Below are positions 54,177-64,000 of a stretch of 64,000 bases of DNA, one piece after another (the stretch's first letter is position 1; every line of letters starts with the position of its first letter). Both the position numbers and the translations under genes were made by a program. Origin of the DNA: Octopus vulgaris (Eukaryota). Below the pieces are notes generated by a model. It ran no database searches, was not told the origin of the DNA, and saw nothing but the letters and a program-made list of their open reading frames with translations. Where the stretch lies: assembly GCA_951406725.2 (NCBI GenBank), contig OX597818.1:123008001-123072000 (forward strand), written 5' to 3'.

Positions 54177-55251
54177 GTTGTTGTTGTTGTTGTTGTTGTT
54201 GCCGTTGTTGTCGTTGTTGTTATAAGCAACAATTAGTTTTCTTATTATTGACATATATTCATATATCTGCATGTATAAATTTGTTTCTGTGTGTATGTAT
54301 AAACATGTATATATATATTTATCTATCTATATGTATATATATATATATGTATATATATATGTATGTATGTATATATATATATATATATTTAAAAAAAGGA
54401 GATGTCGAACACGAGTGGTGATATATAAAAAAGGAAATGAAGAAAATGCTGACAAATAATTGAAGTAATTTAAGTAATTTAATTAGGTGAAAGTTCTTTT
54501 TACCGGTTGCGCATTTGTTATGCTTATCAAAATATAAAAGAGAGATTAGAGTCTGTCTCTTATATGTGAAAAAAAGAGGCTCCAGAGTTGTTTGGGATTT
54601 GCTTGGTTTCGCGCCTAAAATTTTGATTGGTCATTATGAAGGGGTCACGTGAATGTTTGAATGGAAGTTGGTGTTGGGGTAAGAAAAAAGGCTCCAGAGA
54701 AGTTAAAATTTGGCTAGTGTCCCGCCTAAAATTTCTTATTGGCCATAATAAAGAGGTCACGTGAATGTTTAGAATTTTCGAAAATAGTGTTGTTGAAAAT
54801 TCTTATTGTTCAGGCTGGTCAGTAGACGTCATGTGGATATTTTAAATAGCTTTTTAGCGCGTAGTTAGGGAGTGTATTTTCCGCTTGACTGGATAAGTAA
54901 GTTCGTTTAGAACAGGGAGAGCTGTATGTATGTATGTGTGTGCGCGCGCGCGCGCGCGTGTGTGTTTATATGTATGTTGGGGCGCGCGCGCGTGTATATA
55001 TGTGTGTGTGTGTGGGTAAAATTTTCAATATTTATAGTTCTGCTGGCCTTGTGCCTGTATCGGGAAGCAACGTATTTGTGTGAAGTCAATATTTACAGCC
55101 ATTTCCAAAAAATAGTGTTGGATGTTTTGCACCCGTATTCAATTATGTGTATGTGTGGAACCATATATTTGTGTGTGTCATGGTGTTAATATCTGGCTAA
55201 AGGTGTGTGTAGGGTGTGTGCAGGTGTAAGTGTGTTTGTTGTGGGTTCGTG

Positions 55252-57399
55252 TTAGGGGCATGTGTTTAGAATTGGTCTGTATTTATTAATAAGGTGGGAT
55301 TCCATGGTTATTCGCTGGGTATGAGTGGCATTGTCTTTAAATTTGTAGAGGGGAAAGATTCTAAAATTGGGATGGAGTTGTGCGGCACAGGTATCAATAT
55401 GTGCACTAAATGCTATTTTTCTATATTCCTGTATTTTTATTTGGGATCTGTGGACAGTCATGCGTTGGCGGAGGCTATTTTTTGTTTGGCCTATGTAGTG
55501 TTCATTACAGCCCGAGCAAGTTAAGACATATACTAGGTTTTCTGATGCGCATGTGAAGTTGTGTTTTACTGTGAAACGTTGTCCTTGTTTAAAAAGGAAT
55601 TCCGGACCTTCTATTAGGTTGATGCATATACCACAGTTGGGTCTATTGCATTTGTTTACTGTGGGTTTAGTTGTTGTGGTTGGCAGTACTTTGGCATTTG
55701 TTAGGATGGTTTTCAATGATTTGGGTTGCCTTTTGCTCTTTATGATTTCGTGTGTTAGGAGGATTTGGTTCATTCTATGGTCCTTTTGTAATACAGGAAT
55801 GTTCTGGAGGATGGTGTCAAAAGCTTCATTGTTGAGGGGGTTGTGTGTAGAGATGTATGGTAGAGTATGGGGTTTCGATGTAACAGGTTTAGGGCGTCTA
55901 AGTTCCTGCGTGCTGAGTTTTAGGGCGCGTTGGATCCCATTGTCAATTAGTGACGTGGGGTAATCCCTGCTTGTTAATGTGCCCTTGAGTTCTTGTAGAC
56001 GTAAGAGACGGGTGTTTTTATTGGAGACTATAGTACAAATTCTCTTGGCTAAGTTGTAGGGAATGTTAATTTTAACGTGTCTAGGGTGGCATGAATTGAA
56101 AGGGAGGTATTGCTTGGAGTCTGTGGGCTTGTAGTATATGTCTGTTTCTATTTTTTTGTTGTGAATTTTAATGAGGATGTCGAGGAAGGGAATTTGTTGA
56201 GGGCTGTATTCCATTGTGAAAATAATGTTTGTGTTGAGCCCATTTATAAGAGTGTGAAATTCGTTAAGCTTCTCGACGGTTTCGGGCCAAAGGATGAAGC
56301 AGTCATCAAGATATCTCTTCCAGTTCTTCTCTATGTGTGTGTGGAGAGTGGTGCCAAATTGGTTAAGAACGTTATTATAGAGGGTGATTTCCAGGTATCC
56401 CATGACTAAGTTGGCGTAAGTGGGAGCTGTTTTCGTTCCCATTGCCGTCCCTGATTTCTGTCTGTAGAATTTGTTGTTGAAGGTGAAGAAATTATTCTCT
56501 AAGATGAATTTGAGTCCTTCTAAAATAAATTCCTTTTTGATGCGGTGTGGGAGTTCGTTGGAGTAATTATCCAGCCAGAATTGGATAGCTTCTATTCCTA
56601 GGTTGTGGGGGATGTTGGAGTAAAGATTGACTACATCGAATGTTACTAGCAGGGTTTGTTCAGCAAGAAGTGTATTGGGGAGGTGGTTGAGCATATCTAG
56701 ATCGTCCCTTATGTAGCTTTTAATGTGTTTGAGGAACGGCTTGAGAAGGGTATCAATGAAGTTGCTAAGGCGGTGGGTTTCGCAAGCGGGACCTGCTATT
56801 ATAGGTCTCAATTTGAGGTCATTTGGTGAGGGGACATTGATTACAGAGTTTGTGGCTTCCTTGCATGCCTTACTTATTAATTCGCTTTTATGAATTTTGG
56901 GAATACCGTAGAAGAGGCTGGTTTTACTAGTGAAATTTGTGATGAAGTTGAATTCTTTGTTAGTGAGTTCTTCTTTGTGGGGGTTGATCAGGGTTTTTAA
57001 GTTTCTCATAATTTTCTGTTGATTGTAGTGTTCAGCCTTTTCGTAATATGTTCCATTTTCCAAGGTGGAGAGTGCTAAGTTGATATAGTATTCTGTCTCA
57101 ATTAAGACTACTGCACTTCCTTTATCGGCCTCTTTAATGGTGATAGATCTTTCATTTTTTAATTTGTTTAATTCTTCCCACTCTTTCTTGTTGAGGTTTC
57201 GTTTGGGTTTTGGTTTGTGTAAGTGTTGGTAGGGGAAGTTTGTAATGTGCTCACAGAATTCGTCTAGGATTTTATTTCTACCTTTTCGTGGGGTGTAGTT
57301 GCTTTTATTTCTAGCTAGTGACTCATCTTCATTGTGCTGGTCGAATAGTTCCTCACTAAGTCGCAATTTTCTACAAAATTCTGTAATGTCTTCCTTCAT
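55252..57399 (-). CDS. Penelope-like reverse transcriptase / GIY-YIG endonuclease (715 aa; N-terminal part continues in another frame at ~57400-57560)
   Basis: KEADKG, FYGIPKIHK, LRPII, FDVVNLYSNI, GTAMG, RYLDD, PFLDI, CNRPNCGIC linker, LVYVLTCSGCNEHYIGQT; upstream VINLT..LLSKGLKFTPT is frameshifted. Confidence 0.92.
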   Translation of the reverse strand: MKEDITEFCRKLRLSEELFDQHNEDESLARNKSNYTPRKGRNKILDEFCEHITNFPYQHLHKPKPKRNLNKKEWEELNKLKNERSITIKEADKGSAVVLIETEYYINLALSTLENGTYYEKAEHYNQQKIMRNLKTLINPHKEELTNKEFNFITNFTSKTSLFYGIPKIHKSELISKACKEATNSVINVPSPNDLKLRPIIAGPACETHRLSNFIDTLLKPFLKHIKSYIRDDLDMLNHLPNTLLAEQTLLVTFDVVNLYSNIPHNLGIEAIQFWLDNYSNELPHRIKKEFILEGLKFILENNFFTFNNKFYRQKSGTAMGTKTAPTYANLVMGYLEITLYNNVLNQFGTTLHTHIEKNWKRYLDDCFILWPETVEKLNEFHTLINGLNTNIIFTMEYSPQQIPFLDILIKIHNKKIETDIYYKPTDSKQYLPFNSCHPRHVKINIPYNLAKRICTIVSNKNTRLLRLQELKGTLTSRDYPTSLIDNGIQRALKLSTQELRRPKPVTSKPHTLPYISTHNPLNNEAFDTILQNIPVLQKDHRMNQILLTHEIIKSKRQPKSLKTILTNAKVLPTTTTKPTVNKCNRPNCGICINLIEGPEFLFKQGQRFTVKHNFTCASENLVYVLTCSGCNEHYIGQTKNSLRQRMTVHRSQIKIQEYRKIAFSAHIDTCAAQLHPNFRIFPLYKFKDNATHTQRITMESHLINKYRPILNTCP

Positions 57400-57650
57400 T
57401 TCGTAGTAGTTTGGAAGTTGGTGTGAATTTCAGACCTTTGGAGAGTAAGTTGAGAAGGTTGGGGTTGGGTTCTGTATTGGTTAAATTGATGACTTTAATT
57501 AGTTTATGTTTCTCTTCCCTGTCCTGTGTTATTTTGTTTGCCTGTATCTGTGTGCTGTATCTGCGCGCGCACACACATACATACATACAGCTCTCCCTGT
57601 TCTAAACGAACTTACTTATCCAGTCAAGCGGAAAATACACTCCCTAACTA

Positions 57651-57905
57651 CGCGCTAAAAAGCTATTTAAAATATCCACATGACGTCTACTGACCAGCCT
57701 GAACAATAAGAATTTTCAACAACACTATTTTCGAAAATTCTAAACATTCACGTGACCTCTTTATTATGGCCAATAAGAAATTTTAGGCGGGACACTAGCC
57801 AAATTTTAACTTCTCTGGAGCCTTTTTTCTTACCCCAACACCAACTTCCATTCAAACATTCACGTGACCCCTTCATAATGACCAATCAAAATTTTAGGCG
57901 CGAAA
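57651..57905 (+). promoter_or_regulatory. Candidate pseudo-LTR promoter: duplicated E-box/CCAAT/E2F-like module plus CRE-like site (mirrored at ~54607-54861)
   Basis: CACGTG 57749 and 57861; CCAAT 57770 and 57882; TTTTAGGCGGGA 57781 and TTTTAGGCGCGAAA 57892; TGACGTC 57681. Confidence 0.5.
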
Positions 57906-57970
57906 CCAAGCAAATCCCAAACAACTCTGGAGCCTCTTTTTTTCACATATAAGAGACAGACTCTAATCTC

Positions 57971-58017
57971 TCTTTTATATTTTGATAAGCATAACAAATG
58001 CGCAACCGGTAAAAAGA
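57971..58017 (+). ncRNA. Hammerhead variant in pseudo-LTR (mirror copy 54495-54541, minus strand)
   Basis: TTGATAA (U3-A8), stem II GCAT-AACAA-ATGC, GCAA instead of GAAA, CCGG, TA, AAAAGA. Confidence 0.65.
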
Positions 58018-58078
58018 ACTTTCACCTAATTAAATTACTTAAATTACTTCAATTATTTGTCAGCATTTTCTTCATTTC

Positions 58079-58136
<58 letters not shown>

Positions 58137-58389
58137 AACACTTTCATGTCTATAGGTGTGTGAAAGTGTCTATCGGTCACTGTGTAAGAGTGTATGTGAG
58201 TGTATGCGTGTTTACAGCTGAAAGAGGACAGACAGCGAATAACATTTTAGTGCAATAAAAACAGAGAAAAAGAGCGATAGATAGATAGATAAATAGATAG
58301 ATAGATGTTTACCCTCTGTGTGTATGCATGTATGTATGTATGTATATATATGATATATATATATATGATATATATGTATATATATGATA

Positions 58390-58948
58390 TCAGGTCACTT
58401 TCGAGTGCTATTGGTAAGTAACATGTAACCCAGTAGAACCTGTTGCATGATCGGGCTGTCGGCGACTATACCGGCAACTCCACCAAGCTTGCTTGGTGAG
58501 GAGGGTGTTTATTGGACACCCTGCGAGATGAGAAACAAAACCCGTCAAAGGGCGGAGGAACTCTTGAGAGTCAACAGTCATCCAATAAATGTCTTAAGGC
58601 TGTATCATGCGCAGGGACATAGAAATAATCGGACTGAATACCCGATCGCGCGGTTAAACCATTGGGAGTAAAGGACTCCTAGCCTTTTTTAGGGCATCCT
58701 TCTAGGAGAAGGTAACTTAGGTAACTGGGATAACTCCGACATAAAACCTGCGACTTTCAGTGGTTACCGATGATGTTGACTTGTTCTTTTCGGGTTATGG
58801 CTGCTGTTGCTTAGTGAGTGGGATTTACTCTTTGCTCAGCCTTTCCTCACTTTAAATAAAAATCTTCTTGCACAGGCATTGCACGATAACAACATTGATT
58901 AAGCTTCGTGCAATGGCCATACTCTATAACGAGGGGGCAGCCACCATG
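58390..58948. mobile_element. Unclassified GC-richer interspersed repeat; diverged inverted partial copy at ~20677-20843
   Basis: caggtcactttcgagtgctattggtaa...cttggtgaggagggtgt matches the reverse complement of 20730-20843. Confidence 0.6.
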
Positions 58949-58977
58949 TATATATATATATATATATGTATATATCC

Positions 58978-60240
58978 TAGCTTCGCTTCGCTGATGAAGA
59001 TTAGGAAAGGCTGTTGTGCAATGATGACAAAGGTATGATTGTCCAGGGTTTGATGATGCAGCTGCACTATTCTTTCGTCCCTAACGTTCATCTTCAAAAT
59101 AGGCACGGCGAGAGAGTTCAAAAGAGGAAACAGCATCGCTGATGATAGTGTACCAAACAGCAGGGCCAGCTGTTAGAGTGGACCACACTTGATGATCTGT
59201 CACAAATACTAAGGAACTGCTTCAGGCAGTCCCTGTAACGCTTCTTTGGTGCCCCCCTCCTCAGTTTTGGTGGCCAGTGGTGAGCTCACCGTACATGATG
59301 ATCTTGGGTAGGCGGTGGTCTTTCATCCTGCCAACGTGTCTTGCTCATGTAAAATGACTTCTCGTCGTGTCTCAAGTAAAATGACTTCTAGGCTGGTGAT
59401 CTTTGGTCGCTTGAGGACCTGTGCTGCTGATATAGTCGCTCCAGATGATATTGAGGATGGGTACGAAGGCAGAGTTGGTGAAAACTTTGAAAGAGCTTGA
59501 GATGACATCGATAGGGTACCAGGACTCAGAGTCATATGGGAGCGTCGTGAGGGCGACGGCCCTGTAGACTCTTACTTTTGTGCTGATCTTAACATGCGTA
59601 TTATTCAACACACGCTTCTACAGTCTGCCAAATGCTGTTTTTGCCTTTGCAAATCTGTGTCAATTTCTTTGTCGATATTCGCATCTGATGAAATGGTACA
59701 TCCAAGGTAAGTGAACCGCTATACCGACTTCAGTTCTGTTTCGGCAATGGTGATGTGGGGGCAACCTGTAATCTTCCTGAGGAGCTGGTTGGTGTAAGAC
59801 TACAGTCTTTTCCAAGCTTACTTCCAGCCCGAAGAGTTGGGCGGCTTCTGCAAAAAAGGTTGTGATGCGCTGCAGGGCTCTTTCTGTGTGTGCGACAAGT
59901 GAGACATAATCTGCAAAGAGGAGTTCCTGGATCACTTGGTCTTTAGTCTTGGTGTGGGCCGGTTGGCGCCGGACGTTGAAAAGACTACCGTCCAGGCAGT
60001 ACCTGATGTAGACGCCGTCTTCAGCGTCGAAGTCTGCAGTGACCTGCTTGAGCATCATGCTGCAGAAGTGCAGCAGAGATTTGGTGCTAGGACACAGCCC
60101 TGCTTCACGCCGGTGTTAATGGGAAAATGACTCTAATATGTCGCTATTCAGTCGGACTAGTCCTTGCTTGACTTCGTGAAGCTCAATGACCATGGTTAGG
60201 AATTTGGGGGAACAGGCAAGTCGGCTTAGGATCTGCCACA
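58978..60240 (-). pseudogene. RTE-clade LINE RT remnant, multiple frameshifts
   Basis: VYIRY.LDGSLFN.RR, ELLFADY, FGLEVSLEKT, TKVRVYRAV.LTTL.Y.SESW. Confidence 0.85.
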
Positions 60241-60454
60241 TATCATAAATGCGAGTTGTGTTCATTTTAGTATTCTAACGAACACACGATCACACATAAA
60301 AATGATCCAACATGGGATTATATATATATATATAGGTGTGTAACATGTCTATCTGGATTTGTATATGTATATGTGTATATGACATGTGTATGTGTGGGTG
60401 TATGTATATTTATATATACACATACACATATATACATACATACGTATGCATTGA

Positions 60455-60518
<64 letters not shown>

Positions 60519-60879
60519 TATATATGTGCATAGAAGCATATACTTTATCATGAATATCTGCTACTTGATATAGAATTTATATAAAAGATCTTGTAAGAAT
60601 TTAAATAAAAATTCAATTATATATATATTTAGGAGTATACATTCACGCATGAATGAACAAACGTACAGATGCATTGTATAGTATGCAATATATATGTAAT
60701 GTATATATATATATGAATATATATATGTGTGTGTCAATTTACACGGATTAGCTAGTGTCTGACTATTCATACACACATATACATGCACACATACTCACGT
60801 ATACGCAAATGTTTATACAATTATATGTATATCTACAAATATGTATATATATATATTTACATGTATATATACATATATA

Positions 60880-60935
<56 letters not shown>

Positions 60936-62286
60936 AATACACACATACACATATCATACGTATACATATATATAAACCCAGATAAATAGACATGTTACAT
61001 TTCAATAGATACATATATATGGAGACCCATGTTAGTTAATTTTTTTGGACTATGACGATGAACACATAACTCAGATTTATGGAAATATAATTTTTGGCTA
61101 TGGATAAACAGAAAAAGATCCGTTGCTTTCATCGTCTTTTAATGCATCTGATATTGCTCACTTTATATCTTGAAATTTTAAATATGACATTTGTTTTTTA
61201 AAATTCATTTTATCTCTAAGACTAAAATTATCAGAAAAAAAGAAGGAAATAGTTTAAATAGTTATCTTGGGTCTGAAATTTTAAACTTTTAAAATATATT
61301 TGCTAATCTGGCGTGCATAAGTGCGAATCGTAATGATTTGATTATTTTGCCTTTTAGAAAGGGCAGTATTAACGTCCGTCTTCAGAAATTGTTTACAGCT
61401 TTACAGCAAGAGTGTTTTCCTCTGTGTCTGTCACTTAATGCACTGTAGTTTTATCCAATATCGATGAGTGAATTAATCACTAACAGACTAAATATAATAT
61501 CGTCGTCGTCGTCGTTGTTGTTCTTTTATAAGAGATCTGTCGCTGTATCAAACAGATGTGTTTAAAGACATGAACATGCTGCCCTTTCATTTTTGTTTTT
61601 TTTTTTAGCTTCAAACACACATTAACACATTTATCTAAAACTACATTTTTTTGTTTAATGATTAATTTTAAAGACGATGAGGAAGAATTGGTTGATATTA
61701 GTCGCAGTTTTCTTCATCCACTAGAGGCTCTCTTCATCATTAAATGTTGTGAACGGCATGCACCTCGGTAATATAAAATTTTACTCATGTGTTTTTCTCC
61801 GTTACGACATATGGATGAGAAAGGAAGGGGTGAGAGATAAATAAGGAAGGGGTGATGGCAAACTGGTAGAGAGAGCGTTTCAACTTTGTGTGAGAATATG
61901 TGTGTGTATGTTAAAGGGAGGTATGTTTATTTGTGTGTGTTTCTGTGTGTGTATGTGTGTGAGCGATGGAGGTGGGATGGGGAACAGTCAACACTGAAAA
62001 GAAAAAATCAAACATCGTTTCAACTCTGTGTGAGTGTATGTGCGTATGTGTGTGCATGTACAAGGGAAGTATGTGTGAACTAGCGTTCTTTCAGTAACAA
62101 ACGATGATCGATGTCACATCTCAAAAGACAACCACTAGATAACATTGACAAGTGTATTAACTTGATTTACCATCCATATTTTTAAAGAAAAAATTACTAT
62201 TAGCAGTCATTTTTTTACGCCACGGGGAAAACTAGTATATTTATAATCTGAGAATGCGTTACCGTTTTTGTTGTTGCTGCTATATA

Positions 62287-62569
62287 TCACGTCACGTGAT
62301 CATGTGACCGACCAGACCATCAGATGTTGCTACACATCGCTGGTCACAATGCGTTCGCATTGTTTTTAGCCTTCGAGCAGGCAAACAGAAGAAAGAGAGA
62401 AATAGAAAGAGTGGAGAAAATGTACAGCAGGGATCACCCTCTGCCGGAGCCTCGTGGAGCTTTTAGGTGTTTTCGCTCAATAAACACACACGGCGCCCGG
62501 TCTGGGAATCGAAACCGCGATCCTACGACTGCGAGTCTGCTGCCCTAACCACTCGGCCATTGCGCCTCC
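62287..62569 (-). mobile_element. SINE S1 head with tail B
   Basis: Reverse complement of 16294-16586 with deletions. Confidence 0.85.
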
Positions 62570-62587
62570 ACACATACAGATATATAA

Positions 62588-63663
<1,076 letters not shown>

Positions 63664-63757
63664 CGGCGCAGGCGTGGCTGTGTGGTAAGTAGCTATAGCC
63701 TCGGGCCGACGAAAGCCTTGTGAGTGGGTTTGATTGGCAGAAATTGAAAAAAACCTG

Positions 63758-63845
<88 letters not shown>

Positions 63846-64000
63846 GTGTGCGTAAGTGTGTGTGTGTATTTGTATCTTTGTTCGTCTCCTACCATCGCTT
63901 GACAACCGATACTGGTGTGTATAGGTTTCTATTGCCGAACCATTTAGTGGTTCGGCAATAGAAACCGATAGAATAAGTACTAGACTTACAAAGAATAAGT
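63664..64000 (+). mobile_element. SINE S2, internally deleted, runs off the window end
   Basis: ggcgcaggcgtggctgtgtggtaagtagc head; tail matches 21900-22020. Confidence 0.8.

Larger units (their letters stand above)
54429..58083 (-). mobile_element. Young Penelope-like retroelement (Neptune-like by its Cys linker) with ~520-bp inverted pseudo-LTRs (54429-54949 and 57563-58083)
   Basis: RT + GIY-YIG ORF between arms that look identical by eye; TA-rich sequence at both outer edges. Confidence 0.93.

Overview
AT-rich, microsatellite-saturated eukaryotic DNA, most likely from an octopus-type cephalopod (inferred from tRNA-Arg(TCG)-headed OR-like SINEs). I see no convincing host protein-coding exon; nearly all short ORFs in the track are translated (TA)n/(CA)n arrays. 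The only clear cellular gene is a full-length U2 snRNA (11391-11581) with several variant positions, sitting between two non-autonomous Helitrons. The rest is layered mobile DNA: a young Penelope-like element (RT + GIY-YIG, 54429-58083) with ~520-bp inverted pseudo-LTRs, several other Penelope-like remnants, two CR1-type LINEs, RTE and R4/Dong-type LINE relics, mariner/pogo/Merlin-like DNA elements, Helitrons and four tRNA-derived SINE families. The most striking hidden layer is hammerhead ribozyme (HHR) motifs: about 14 candidates from several families. They include an intact canonical one (46622-46707), U3-A8 covariant cores in Penelope-like 3' ends, and a tRNA-headed SINE with an HHR tail. 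One structured element (39507-39654, minus strand) carries all three hammerhead segments in a non-circularly permuted order. All structures were read by eye; none was folded computationally, searched against databases or tested.
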